64,000 nt of DNA from NCBI GenBank assembly GCA_051530055.1, contig CM121342.1:14833480-14897479 (forward strand), given 5' to 3'. The translations under genes were made by a program, and so were the position numbers. Source of the DNA: Neoechinorhynchus agilis. Lineage: Eukaryota; Animalia; Acanthocephala. Positions within the stretch are counted from its first letter, which is position 1; each line of letters begins with the position of its first letter. The notes under the pieces are model-generated. The model worked only from the letters and a program-made list of their open reading frames with translations. It was not told where the DNA came from and did not search any database. This document shows positions 50,301-63,284 of the stretch, one piece after another.

Positions 50301-50590
50301 GTGCGTTTCTATTGACTGAAATGCTTTTTAAGTGCCAGTTTATAAACTCTTCAGGGAAATCCAGTCGCTTTCGAGACAATCTAAGACAACGAGTTTAAAT
50401 AACACACGCAAGCGCCGTAAATTTTATATCCTAACCAATAAATCAAAAGTCATTCCCGCTTTAATGTCCCATAAATCGAGTGCACCATTTGCGCCATCTA
50501 CACTGAGGCTACCTCAATAAACTTTATCAAACACAAACATATCAGCGATTTCAGATCCTCATTCTGTATGCCTAATGTATACATTTCCCT

Positions 50591-53500
50591 ATGAGATGTG
50601 AGTATAACGATATCCCCAAACATCGAAGGCCACCACCATATATTGATGATAATCTCATTCCTTGTGAATACAGGAATAAAGGAATGTGCTTTCATTCGGA
50701 AATGTGCCCAATGCATTACTGCGACAACGGATGCTACTCAAACCTCGAACCATCTCCGTCAATTGTGAACACTTCGAGTTATAATAGACGACTGGCTCGG
50801 ACTTACAGATCTTCAACTCTTAAACATAGACATCAGCAATTCCGACCAAGGAAGGAGGCTGAGCGCAGGAGAAGATGCACTCATTGTTACATTATATCAC
50901 TCATCCTTACTGCTTTCATTATCATTCTATTAATCGTTCTAAGTATGAATATTCGCTCAAATGATTCGCTTTTAATACTCTGGTCTAGCTTCTATAAATG
51001 GATTACGTCGAAACGGAAAGGAAAATCCTCGCAGAATTGTGAGGGAAAGCGATCATTGGTGTCTTGATTCCGCAGGTTGGTTCTTAAGAAGACTGAAGTG
51101 TATTCACGTCTTTAACTTTAATACGCGATGTCCACTAAACATTTAAACTTTTTTTTAAATCACCATCACTACCCGACTTTTTTTCTATAATCTATGGAGC
51201 AGTAGAGCAACAAACGGCTTCCTAAATGAGCTAGACGTGTTTTACTTGCAAATTTAATAGTTAGAAATTGAACACAGTATTAATGGAAAACAGAGAATCC
51301 AAATGAACAGTTTTGTTTATCGACAATAAGATGATTTTGAACCGTTATTATCTTCACCACAAGTCAAAATTTACCATTCCGATGGATTTTCTCGATATGA
51401 TTAATCTTACAAAGATTACAGAATATGCAAATAAAGCACTCGATGAAATTTGCTACCCTAACAAGCCAACATTCTAAGTTAATAACCTATTTTCGTTTAG
51501 TTCCTTACCCGCATCCTTTCACAATGAATCGTATAATATCACCCAAGGAGTCAATCGTCGTTTCGATTGAATTCAAATCAACTCAAAACCGTACCATAAG
51601 CCTATCTTCCACTCAACCGACAAGCTTTGAAGTTTTTGGAAGGAATGAGAAATGCCCGTGTAAGCATGTGAATGATTTCTACAAGATTTTCGACACGGTC
51701 GAGATCGGTACTAAATTCAATCTCGGTTCAAAAGGATCTGCATTAGTCAAAATTAGCTTCGTCCAACTATTTATACGGGGTCACTGGTTCATAGTGGTTA
51801 CCAACACAGGCAACCGAAGTTCGTCTCTCGAATTTTCCGTCAATCAAAACAAGCGAATCTCGGTCTTTTCTCGTACGAATGACGTTCCTGACACGACTTG
51901 TCTGAACGGAAAGCTCATTGGTGAGGAATGCGTATGTGAGCATGGATTTAATGGACGATTTTGTGAACGAAACGATTGCGGCGATCATTGTGGACACCAC
52001 GGGCAATGTGAGTACGATCCCGATACTAAGATGTGGTCATGCCGGTGTCAGAATGGGTACAATGGTCAATTTTGCCATCACATGAACGAGATTCAATGCC
52101 AAAATGGAGTGGACGATGATTTAGGTATGTTACCATGGTAACTTGTTTTTTTGAATTCCGATCGTTTGGGTTAGGTGTAGAAATGGCTTTTGCATTTCCG
52201 GAAGGCTTGATAATAACACTTGTCCTCGAGGGTGTGATATTGGCTACGTTTTTAGTTTGTGACTATAATCTAATGATAGAAGTTACCGGAAATCGCACAT
52301 TCAATTGCTTCGTAATTGTTTCACATTGTATCACGATTGGCATGGTTCTCTTGGTCGCACTCGATGACCCTGGTGCAGTTTTGAAGAGTGCTGATAAGAA
52401 TGGGAGGAAATATTGCGTCCATTGTAATTTGGTTATTGAGACCAGACGAGTGGTCCACTGCTTCCATTGCGACCGCTGTGTACATGGGAAAGATCATCAC
52501 TGTCCATTCGTTAGTAATTGCATAGCAGACAAAAACTACTTTAATTTTATTGCTCTTCTGTTATCCACATCGTTATCTGCGTTTTCGTGCGTCGTAAGCG
52601 AAGCTGCTATTATTCGAAAGTTCTCATTTTTATCCACAGTTGGTCTTCATTCACCCGTAATTGCAGTCAGTTACATTGTAGCTTGTCTCTCGATCACTGG
52701 ATATTGCCTCAATTTGCTTGCATATCATGTAGTGATCAGTTGTGCAGGTTTGACGAGTAGAACTGATAAAATCCGAAAGCGGAGAAATGAACCTTTGCCT
52801 TCGATGAAAATCATTAATCTTATACACCGACTTCGAAGATCTTCTATTTACATTATGTCGTTAAGATGGTCTTGTCGACTGCGATGATCCTGACTGCTGC
52901 CACCATGAGGAATGCTCCAATCAGGAATTTTGTACCATTAAATCGCCAATCATTCTAAGCAACACTTCAAATATGCGCTCACTATATTGGCGATATAAGC
53001 GATCACTTATCGATCAATACGCCATTCAAAAACTCACAGATGGCGAATCAATTTTTGTTGAAACGTAAGATCAACCTACTTTGCCATATCAATCCCGTTC
53101 CGTCTTAAAAGAACCACTTCATTGCTTGTTGGAAACGTGTACCGGGAGGAAGGAATTCCTGCTTCAGGAATCAAAGTTCAAGTCATGAACGATCCTCAAT
53201 ACGGATACACTTACACAAACAATGATGGATTGTAAGTTGATTTAGCTTCATTTTGTACTAACTTGGAACGAATTGCCTCAACCTTTTTCTTCGCTCTTAA
53301 GGATTATCTGTACATTGCCCAAATTAGTGCCGTCTTTACCAAAGCGAAACCATTCTGTGTTTCATTTCACCTTGCAGTTGCAACTGAATTTGCCGTAACA
53401 GAAACCCAGTCCTATAAGATTCCAAATGCTTTTAAAATCTAAACTGTCTAATCTTATGTTTGTATTTTTAACTACCCAGCGGGTTGCTGATATTTATACA

Positions 53501-56500
53501 GTTATAAGCTGAATGGTAGTTCGAAGAATCGTGAACATTTGAGCTATCATCTTGTTTCGGTGCTACTTTTAGCTTCACTATGCTTGTCAATGGCGGCAAA
53601 AGTCTCGTGATTTGGTTCGATAATCCTGTGACCCAGTCAAAAATCGAGGAGTTCACATGGGTTCCTTGGTCTGTCGTACATCGACTCAAGGATGTGGTCC
53701 TTTCGCCACAATCTTCCAGGCGAGATTTCACTGATTCATCAATAATACAGTTTAAAGTTGATGTCGATCGCCTACCATTCGTTTTCCGAACTGTTAACGA
53801 ATTCTTCGCTGTGGATTCTAACAACGAGGTTGCGTATGATGCTTTGTATCATAATTGGCCAAAAAACTTAAATTTAGACATTGAGATTGCAAATCCCGAT
53901 TGGAAATACTGATTTGAAATTGATTTACACCGATACAATGGCCGTTAGCGATCATTTCAAGGCTAGAGTTAAACTAACAAGCAGTGATTTTCCGGCTCAC
54001 CTCTCTTTTATCCATTTAAAGGTATATTCATTCCTTCAACTAAAATTTTAAGAAATTTAAATTTAAGGTATTGGCTGCTGGTCGAACAGATGAACGCGTT
54101 TTCAAGGCAAGACCCAATTTTGCATATGATATTCAGTGGCCCTTTAAGGACGTTATGGGGTCTATTCTGTGTGAGCCTTTTTTGTTTTGTGGTAAGTATC
54201 TTACTTTTTGGTTCTATTTCTTTACCAAAATAAAATTAGAGACTTTACAGGAAAGCTAATTCAGTCCCATGTTCTATACGAGTAGTCCAACATCTAAAAC
54301 AAAAATTGATTTTCGCCCCTCAAATTCGACGATTAATTTTAAGTCACCATTTAGGAATTACATGAAAGAAGATTTCTTGCCTTAATTTAACGATAAAAAT
54401 TAGTTTTAGGATGCATTGAAGATTTTCTCGATTATGGCTGTTCATAGCGATTTTAAAATTAGTTCTCTTCTCGATTATAGCACAATTTTCGTTTTGCAAT
54501 GAGACCTTTTACTAACATGGCATTATAGCAATGGAGTAGAGGCTGACTTTTCATATGTAAACGCCCCTTTAAAAATTTAGTTTCCATCGGATTCGAGTAC
54601 AGGAATTCTGCGGATGTCTATTGGAAGAAAAAATGCCAAACAATTTTTCCTCCGGTTGTTCGACCATCAAATTGGACACTTGATAGCGTCCACCATCTCG
54701 ATGTTTCGAATGGTAGGTGACACTAGAAAGGTATATTAATTCTGTGTCTTGCTTAGGTGTCCTTCACTTCGGTAGCGGAGAATCTATCAACGTCAATCGA
54801 CAACTGGCAATAATAAGCAGCCCTAGGATCGATTTGAATTCTCAGCTCCGCGCAATACAACACGCAGTATCACTTCCATCCGGAGACATCTTGTTGTTAA
54901 CACTGAAATCGCTTTATCTGATAAGACGAGCTAACTATTCAAAGGCAATAAAAATCGTTAATTTCAGGTAGGATTTAAAATCTTTTGTCTCACTGAATCT
55001 GGGCATATCTCAGTTCAATTCCACAAAGTTCCTATGAATGTTTTTGCGTCAACACGAAGCTTCGAGTGATTCTGAATGTAGATGAACAACTCCTTGCTGA
55101 AACTTTTCTTAAAGGGACACTAAACCAGCTAAACAGGATTCTTGTTTGTTAAAAATTGCAGGATTGATCATTTCCTGTAAGCGGCTGTTTTCATTATAGT
55201 CACTCAAATCTCAACCATTTTTCATAATCTCCTCGTATGGAAACCACTAGTAGCTCAGAAGAGCAAATTCCATTTAAAGAACTTTCAATTAGGTTTTTAT
55301 CAGAAACTACACTATGAATTCATTTTATACTTTTTTTATTGTCATATATCATTTTACTCGGGGTGAATTTGATTGTACGTTGGCGAATCCTGCCCCCGGT
55401 GTTGTCGTTACTCATTTTTTTGTGAACAAAAAGATTTCTATGCTGATGCCTAAAAATTTCATTATTTTACTAGACTTCGTTTGAAAAATCCTCTAATATC
55501 TTATTTTATCTTTACCATGTAGGATAAACTCGATCGAGCGAAAGATTACGCTTGATCCGGTATTTGGGTACAGTTACATTTTCGAACCTGAATCAAATAC
55601 GGTAATAAGAATAAAACATTTGGACGATCAGTCAGATCCTGATAATAATTTTGAGTCTGCTTTTGACATCGAGAAGCTAGGAAGGATGTTGGACGTGAAT
55701 TTTTCAACAGGAAAGATTCGTGATTGGGTGTTCGACAACCAAGGCACTCTTTTTTTAATAGTTGATGACATATTTGTTCAGTTGGATATGAAGACAGGAC
55801 AAGCATCAATTATTTTTCGATTTGGAAACATGAGAAGTGCGAGGAGCGTTTTCGCCTGTTCACCTTTGTCAGCTCACACGATCTACACAGGATCTATTGT
55901 GTCGCTTACAATAGATCGTTTTACTAATAATCTATTTATATTGAGCGATCAGTGCATATTCCAAGTTTCGAACGGTCTTCTTCTTCCACGATACGGTCAG
56001 TGTATGAAATATTGCATTAACTTGCCAGTGGAACATCCTCGGCGTATGCGAGATGCAGTGTTCACCGAAACGGATATCTTCATTTCAGCGGACATGGGAC
56101 GCAAACTAATCAAGATCAATCGCTTCACGCAGCTGACGGAAGCCGTTTCAGACGTGTATAAAGACGGAGTTGGTATCATGGGAAACGGGGAGATAAGTGA
56201 ATTCCGCCATGTGAGTCTCTTTTCCGAAGGAACGATTCTTGTACAAGGCCGTAGCGATCAATTATTTCTCTTTTTTTACTCACAAGCTCCCATCGGCAAA
56301 CTTAATGGTTCAAATTTCCAATTGAACATCCAGGATCATGCGTATGTGTTTTCGCCAGAAGGTGTACATCTTAGCACAGTGAGCAAGACCCAGAGCCAAA
56401 ACTTAAGTTTGGTTTGGAATGGATCAGTGCTTGCGTCCGAGATAGTCGTGATGGCAGGAGAAACGTTCAGTAAAATTAAATACGAAGGAGGAAAAACAAA

Positions 56501-56911
56501 AATAATATGGACTGATTTATCCAATCAGGTTTCAGCTAGACGAAGTGAGATTCACACGGTGAGTCACATCTCAATCAGCTTTTTCTGTTTTCTCACAATG
56601 TCTTAAATGCTCATTGATTTTGTCAAACGTCGTCGCATCTTTTCGTAACAAATTCACCTTAGCAACTGCTTGTCGTAAAAGATCACAAAACCTCCTATTT
56701 TGCTCTCGAAATAATAATGTAAAATTGATCTTCCTTACTCATTAAGGTATTACTCGATGGATCAGGGAATGCGCGACAACTTCTCAGTGATGAATCAAAA
56801 TACGAATTCGAATATGAAAGTGGAAGTCTCCACTTGATGAGAATTAATAATGCCACCCACCGTAGGAGCATAAGAGTGCCCATTTATCTCCTGACAAGGA
56901 CAAAACTATGA
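50591..56911 (+). CDS. TENM: Teneurin-like type II membrane protein, shortened (2 EGF repeats, no YD shell or C-terminal toxin-like domain). Inferred exons ~50591-50942, 51501-52124, 52866-53064, 53112-53232, 53573-53828, 53878-54021, 54068-54191, 54581-54713, 54758-54967, 55523-56558, 56747-56911
   Basis: TM helix after RRRRCTHCY; FGRN...GHWFIVV; CQNGVDDDLDGLVDCDDPDCC; LVNGG...VPW; LQIPIGNTDLKLIY; VSIGFEY; WTLDSVHH...GVLHFGSG; NHL-like propeller. All junctions are GT-AG. Some boundaries are approximate. Confidence 0.85.
52183..52887 (+). CDS. ZDHHC: Single-exon DHHC palmitoyltransferase nested on the same strand in teneurin intron 52125-52865
   Basis: DPG, KYCVHC...HCFHCDRCVHGKDHHCPFVSNCIADKNYFNF, four hydrophobic segments. 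Confidence 0.93.
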   Translation: MAFAFPEGLIITLVLEGVILATFLVCDYNLMIEVTGNRTFNCFVIVSHCITIGMVLLVALDDPGAVLKSADKNGRKYCVHCNLVIETRRVVHCFHCDRCVHGKDHHCPFVSNCIADKNYFNFIALLLSTSLSAFSCVVSEAAIIRKFSFLSTVGLHSPVIAVSYIVACLSITGYCLNLLAYHVVISCAGLTSRTDKIRKRRNEPLPSMKIINLIHRLRRSSIYIMSLRWSCRLR

Positions 56912-57339
56912 GCCCGGTGTATATGTTGCGGCTACCTCATAAATATAATGTACTATCTGCAGTGGAATTTTTCATTGTATACTTTCACTAATAAAATATT
57001 GTTCTCCCGGTAACAAGGGCGTCGGTGCTTTAAAGAACCTTTTATTAAATTATACAAATAATATGGAATCATTTATTTGGTTTCTCTAAAATCAGGACAA
57101 TGAAATTGAAATTCGTTCAGTCAGCCATTTCAGTTTTTGATTGCTGTCAATAATGTATCCTATACTTAACTGAATCTTAATCTATTATAGCAGAAATAGT
57201 TTTGACTACCAGGAGTATAACAGTTTTTGTTGTCTAACGTTATTGCTGCATTTCGATATTCTTCACGTTCTTTAGGGTAAGATTGTTTGTGGTTATTCTT
57301 TAAGGATATAAGCGAAGCATTTGACCCATTAATGGGCAA

Positions 57340-57530
57340 CATTTTTATATAGATCAATGTGTGGCCTTTTATCACACGGCTGCTAATTTTTGGGCACACA
57401 GCCCACCGATTTGGTTCAGAGAAGTAATTCAATTACTCAGTGCACTGAACCATCGGGCACGAGTTAGGGTATTTCGTCCCCTTTTGGTTGTGCGTCATTG
57501 ATGGTAACGGCTGATGATGAACCCGACGAG
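57340..57530 (-). mobile_element. Degenerate copy of the SINE-like family
   Basis: Shares ggtatttcgtccc..ttggttg.gcgtc and caatgtgtggcctttt...cccaccga with 62565-62745. Confidence 0.75.
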
Positions 57531-58190
57531 GCTCGAAACGTCTTTAATAAATAATCATTTACTGGGTGTAAACTTCTAAACAATAATTCTAATGATATAC
57601 CCCGGTGCTTCCTCACTATATATTTTGAGGAATTAAAATCAAACTTTTTAGATGACTGATGAGGTTAGGCTTCCCCTTTCGAAATATTTCTTAACAACAA
57701 AATAAAGTATCTTCACCACAATTTTAACTTGAGAAGAATTTTCTTTAAACGATTATTTTGAGAAATGTTAGATTATTGAAGCGCGTACATCGGGGCTTCA
57801 CTGGAGAAATAAAAGTACTCCATGGGGATGTTCTTAGACGCCTTAACGTCCCCACCTCTTCTAAATTTGGCATTTTTATTAGAATACTCAGTGTGGATTT
57901 TTGATGTACGAGATTTTGTACGAATGTATCACGGGTATTTGAGACAAGATCGCCCATTTTCCTATAAAGGTCTTTATAAGTATCAATAAATTTTAAATAT
58001 GTGTGCACTCATCTTTATCGAATCGATACGGGAAATTGACGTGCCGTACAACGCCATATTCATTGACGAGAACGATGTCGTCTTTGTTTACTGAACTAAA
58101 AATCATTCATCGATGTAACAAACTCGTCTCCGTTCACACACACCCACATCTTCTCCTAACCAAAAAGCTAAATCACAAGAACAGCGGTAA

Positions 58191-58457
58191 ATGTCGTCTA
58201 CCGGTGAACAGTCTCCCGTTGGAAGCATCATTCTTGGTGAACTCATCAAACGGCACCCGGACTATGTAAAACGCCGCCACTTTATCAAAGTTATTCAAGT
58301 AATGATGAAACCGCTTAAAATGAGAGCTTTCATGAAACGAGTCTGGATTCTTTGTATGTATAGAATGACGGGAAGAGTGGATCTTAAGAAGTTGAGCACT
58401 AGAGAGCTTGTTGCTAAGATAACCGCTGGAGTGTATCACAAACGTGATGATTTTTGA
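58191..58457 (+). CDS. 88-aa basic ORF of unknown function
   Basis: ATG-to-stop ORF only; no recognised motif. Confidence 0.35.
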   Translation: MSSTGEQSPVGSIILGELIKRHPDYVKRRHFIKVIQVMMKPLKMRAFMKRVWILCMYRMTGRVDLKKLSTRELVAKITAGVYHKRDDF

Positions 58458-58896
58458 GGTCTTTTATCAAATTTGAACTTTGAAAGTCATTTTTCAGAAC
58501 CTCTCGCATAATAAAAAGAATTCCTACTTAAGACTCAATAAATATCACCCTCGATTCGCTCCACCCTTCTTCGCTGCCGCAACTTTTTGCCGAAAATCAA
58601 TCATAACATAGCGAAACCATAAAACACTTGTCCGTGATCAATCATTTTCGACATTTCTATACCGTGATTCGCGCTTGCTTATTCTTTCCGAAGAAACTTG
58701 CGCCGTTCCCGGAGAGTCCCTAACCTTTCTTCGGATAGAAATGTCAGCCATTTTGTTGCTCCAATGTTTTCTTTTAATAACCTTAGAAGACTACCAGCTG
58801 TTATTGTATTCTCTCTCTTGATATTATTTCTTAGCATTCAACGTCTTATTCTTTGTAAAAAACAATTCCTGAACAAGTTTAAATTATCGAAAATTA

Positions 58897-59268
58897 TTGT
58901 CTTTTGAGTCAATTCCCTTAAAATCGAATAAGAGCATCACGTTCATTTACGGTTCGCTTAGCCAACGGACCCAATTCATGTTCGATTTGATGGATCGCGA
59001 TTTCAAAGGCCATTTAACCATCGAAGATTTGGCGATCGGTATGGTGATCATATTGAATCTTCGTCATCTCTATTTCCTAGCCGATCGAAATTCTATCTAT
59101 TTTAAAGAGCGCCTCTCAGATCTGATGGCTTCGATGGATTCAGAGAATACTGGAAAGATTAATCTTGAGACTTTCCGCAAAGTGTGCGCTAAAGACCGAA
59201 CTATAAAGCTTCTCCTTGTGGATCCATTGCGAATGACCAATGTACCCCATGATGAAGAATCAATGTAG
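58897..59268 (+). CDS. 3' part of an EF-hand protein (calcineurin-B/NCS/calaxin-like); 5' exons not resolved
   Basis: GSLSQRTQFMFDLMDRDFKGHLTIEDL and MDSENTGKINLETF EF-hand pair; probable 42-nt GT-AG intron. Confidence 0.65.
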   Translation: MSFESIPLKSNKSITFIYGSLSQRTQFMFDLMDRDFKGHLTIEDLAIGMVIILNLRHLYFLADRNSIYFKERLSDLMASMDSENTGKINLETFRKVCAKDRTIKLLLVDPLRMTNVPHDEESM

Positions 59269-59282
59269 CTTATTAGTTCTAG

Positions 59283-59486
59283 ATGAGTGAAAGAGAACAG
59301 GAGGAGGAGCTCAACGGCGATACTGTGCTCGATAAAGCACTCGCTAAAACAGGGTGTGAGAGTGAACAATTCAATGTTAAATTGTGTATGTTCGAGAAAT
59401 CAGACTGGCGAAAGTGTCAGAATGAAGTCAAATTGTTCAGGCAGTGCATGATGCGAACACAAGTCAGTAGAGCTGATACAAAATAA
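59283..59486 (+). CDS. COA4: Twin CX9C mitochondrial protein, COA4/CMC3-like
   Basis: LDKALAKTGC-X9-CMFEKSDWRKC-X9-C. Confidence 0.85.
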   Translation: MSEREQEEELNGDTVLDKALAKTGCESEQFNVKLCMFEKSDWRKCQNEVKLFRQCMMRTQVSRADTK

Positions 59487-59629
59487 ATGTTTGAATTGTT
59501 TGTGAATTTATCGATTCTGATATTTCGACAAAGCACAATCTTGGTCGTTTTTGAAGAGAAATAAAAAATTTACATTCAAGATTGCACCTCCGAAATATTA
59601 AAATCAATAAAAAAATTTAATTTTTCCGC

Positions 59630-61445
59630 CTTCTGCACATCCTGCGGGGCGGAAGCTATTGTCCACTCGCTCCGAAACTTTGCTACGAGAAGCTCAGAGC
59701 CGTGCGTGATTCTTAAGTGCGATTTTCGGAACGCCTTTAACTCTCTCAATGAAGAAACCATGTTCTGCGCTATTAGGGATCAAGCACCAGAAGCCTTCCA
59801 GTATTTTCTCAATGCTTACGGGGCGGCGACTCCTTTGATTTTCGAAGACCACCTCATTTGGTCCGAAAGAGGAGTGCAGCAAGGAGATCCTCTCGGTCCA
59901 ATCGCATTCTCCCTAACATTAAATCCAATAGCGCACTCTCTCCATTCCAGCTTCAACGCTTGGTACTTGGATGACGCTACGCTCGGAGGTGATCCTTCCG
60001 TTGTACTGCGCGATTTGGGGACGCTGATTAGGGAGACTGCGAGATTGGGTGTTGAGCTTAATGCTGGAAAGTGTGAGCTCCTATTATTAAATATCGAAGA
60101 CGCCACCAAAGTCAAGGAGTTAATGTATGGATTCGAGGCTGTAGCTCCAGGTATAAAACTCGTGACTCCAGAGCAACTCAGCCTCCTTGGTAGTTGCGTC
60201 TTTGATTCAAATGTGGAAGCTGATATCGGCCGTATCATACCGAAACTTTCGTTGCTGTGCGATATGGTGAGCGCTCTCTCGGCTCACGAAGCGTTATTTC
60301 TGATAAAGAACGCACTATTTATCCCAAAGAAGGATTGGCTAAGCTCGACGACAAGGTGAGGCTTGTCTCGAACGTATTTTAAATGTCCAGCTCTCAGATA
60401 AGGCGTGGCGACAAGCTTCATTGCCTGTATCATCTGGGGGATTTGGCATTCGGGCGCTAGTAGACCTTGCCTTGCCAGCCTTTCTTGGATCGTATAAGGG
60501 GAGTCGACCGATAGCGAAGAAAATTCTGAGGAGAAAGTTTTATCTCGACCAAGACTTTGTGGTGGCAGTTGAAGAATGGTGCCAGTGGACAGGCGTTAAC
60601 CATGTTCTCGTGAATGGCGTCAGACAGTCGATCTGAGACAGACCTCTCGTCGCGAGAGCTCACAGCTCTCTACTTTCAGCTTCTCGCGATTGGGTTGTCC
60701 GAGCTAGATTGTTGGCAGTTTCGACACGAGAATCGGGGGCGTGGTTGGAAGCTGTTCCTCTGGCATCTGTGGGAACTCTTCTCACTGATGAGGTAACGAG
60801 GATCGCAGTGTCCTTAAAACTTGGTCTCCCGATATGCACGCCTCATCGCTGTCGATGTGGGTCTTTGGTTGATGCTTTCGGGCGACAAGGTCGTGTTTGC
60901 TGAAAGTCAGGAGGAAGGTTCTCACGCCATTCTGAGATCAATAGCGTAATTTCTCGAGCGTTGAGAACGGCGAACTAACCCAACATTTTGGAACCCGCCC
61001 ATCTTTGTCGACTAGACGGTCGTGGACCTGATGGAATTTCGGTCTTTCCTTGGCGGGAGGGCAAATGCCTTCTCTGGGACGCCACGCGTGTGGACACCCG
61101 CGCAGTAATCAACATTCCCTACTCTCTCGAAATCGCTGGAGGTTCAGCCAACGCAGCGGAAGGGAGGAAGGTACGAAAATATAGGGATTTAGACCCCTTC
61201 GCGGTAAAGACGTATGGAGTGCTTGGCAGTTGGGCACTCACTCTGCTCCAGGATCTCTCGAAGAAATTGAGAGAAACGACCGGCGACGCACGAGCAGGTG
61301 TATTCCTGCGAAAAAATATCTCGCTCGCAGTACAACAAGGCAATGCTGCTGGCGTGATAGCGACAGCCGAGGAAGGAGAGAGGCTCCAATTTTGCGGACG
61401 GTGGTGATTGCACGTTTTGCACTTTATTATGTTATGATTAAAAAA
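59630..61445 (+). mobile_element. 5'-truncated, decayed CRE-like retrotransposon with RT and restriction-like endonuclease
   Basis: GAEAIVH, DFRNAFNS, GVQQGDPLGP, WYLDD, CRCGSLVD...RH..INS, LEP..L.RLDGRGPDG...PW.EGK.L.WD.T, AVQQGNAA, A-rich tail. Confidence 0.92.
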
Positions 61446-62544
61446 TAATGTCTTAGTTTCAAAAAAGACAGAAAATACTCGTTGTCTTCAATTTGCACCC
61501 CCTTAATCGTAAAATTGAGCCAAATCAAACGACTAAGATAACGGCATAACGGTCCATGCAAACTACTTGAAAGTTTGGCCCTTCGTTAAAATGAACGCTT
61601 TTTGCAATAAATTCATTCTTAAGATCAAAGTTAAATCTTGAGTATTGGAAACTAAACGCCTAAATTCCACAATTCAGTATTGCTAGCAAGCTTAAAGATC
61701 GATATAGCGATCAATTTATTGATTGCCTTTAACACAATATTTCGTCCATGTCGTTGGACTTCAGATTGCTTGTAACGGACGAAATATTGTAAACTGAAAT
61801 CAATAAAATAAATATCTATATCACCAAACAAAAAATACGAGCTTACAAGACGGATTTTGGACTCCTTAACAATTATATCCACAAAGTTGGGGATCTGGTG
61901 ATTGTATACCTCGTATAAAAAATATTTTATTGAATTTATTTCGCAGGAACCTTCATTGCGAAAAATCTTGTTACCTTCATCTCAAAACTACTTAAAATTA
62001 TTTTCTCTCGATAATATCCATAAAATGGATTTCTCTCGCTATCTCCTTACTTAGAGTCTTCCCGATGCATCCAATTCATGGAGTATCACCAGCGACGACA
62101 AATAAAGATCTACTTTATCCGTCGGCGAACAAGTCCCGTTAACTACCGAAACTAAAATATAGTGCAAAACAGTAGATGATTTTCATTTATGTTTCATGGA
62201 TTGAACTAACTACATTAGAAAAAAGCACTCGAAGCAATGCCCGTTTATCCAGTACAATTTACCCTCCATCGATTCAATTTCGATTCATTTTCGCCCTTTT
62301 TAATGAAACATTTTTCGTGAAATATCGATTAAATCTTATCGTCACAAAGTCTTTTTTATTTTTTAAAATTGAGTTTTTTAATAACACCTAATACAATCTT
62401 ATCTTTTATTCGATTGGAGAGTTAAAAAAAGCTCTTCCTTTTGAATTCTACTAAATTCTTTTTGGAGATGTTTTTGAAATACCTCGATTTTTGAAACCAT
62501 TATCATTTGGGTTTATTTGAAACTCTTTTTTGGATTTTTTATGA

Positions 62545-62820
62545 AGATTGGCCAGCCGGTAATTTATATCAATGTGTGGCCTTTTTATAACGCGGCTGTT
62601 AATTTTTTTAGGCACACAACCCCACCGACATTACTCAATGCACTGAACCATCCGGTACGTGTTTGTACTTTCCTCCGGATCCTCAGAATCGGTGAGTTTC
62701 CTCCCTTCAGCGGTATTTCGTCCCCTTTGGTTGCGCGTCGTTGGCGGTAACGGATTCGAACCACTTGACCCTTAGTCGGGATCACGGGTATTAGTCCACT
62801 TGACCACCTCGACACAGCAA
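62545..62820 (-). mobile_element. Most complete copy of a tRNA-derived SINE
   Basis: Minus strand has an A-box-like TGGTCAAGTGG and B-box GGTTCGAATCC, then body and tail shared with at least five other loci; the acceptor stem does not pair. Confidence 0.8.
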
Positions 62821-62904
62821 CGGAATGTACAAACTTAGCCAATTTTATATTTATTAATTCAAGGCCATTGAATTAGGATTATTGCCATGTGATAAAATCG
62901 ACTA

Positions 62905-63240
62905 AACAATTATTTTAGAATTTTTGTTTCTTTGAAACTCCTTTGGGTTTTCACACTTATTTTTAAAAGTGCTGGATGTCAAAATAGATTGAACAATTAT
63001 TTTAGAATTTTTGTTTCTTTGAAACTCCTTTGGGTTTTCACACTTATTTTTAAAAGTGCTGGATGTCAAAATAGATTGAACACTTATTTTATGTTTCTTT
63101 AAAAAATTTTTTACTGTTCATGTTAATTTTGAAATTTGCCATGTAAAATAAATCGACTAAACAATTATTTTAGAATGTTGTTTCTTTAAAACTCTTTCTG
63201 GAATGTTCGTGTTAATTTTGAAATTTTTCCATGTGATAAA
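62905..63240. repeat. AT-rich ~87-bp tandem repeat (two exact units plus degenerate ones) upstream of ARP1
   Basis: aacaattattttagaatttttgtttc at 62905 and 62992. Confidence 0.88.
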
Positions 63241-63284
63241 ATCGATTAAACAATCATTGTTCATTTTTCAGACATACAGACACT

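Noticed and set aside
53829-53912. Apparent frameshift or 13-nt insert in teneurin
   Set aside because: A canonical 49-nt GT-AG intron (53829-53877) gives TLRLQIPIGNTDLKLIY, matching teneurin; no anomaly.
54192-54580. Apparent duplicated or frameshifted teneurin exon
   Set aside because: A single GTAAGT..TTTAG intron gives exact residue spacing to VSIGFEY; the intervening sequence is intronic.
62743-62818. tRNA gene on the minus strand
   Set aside because: A and B boxes are present but the acceptor stem does not pair, and the sequence continues into a dispersed repeat; treated as a SINE head.
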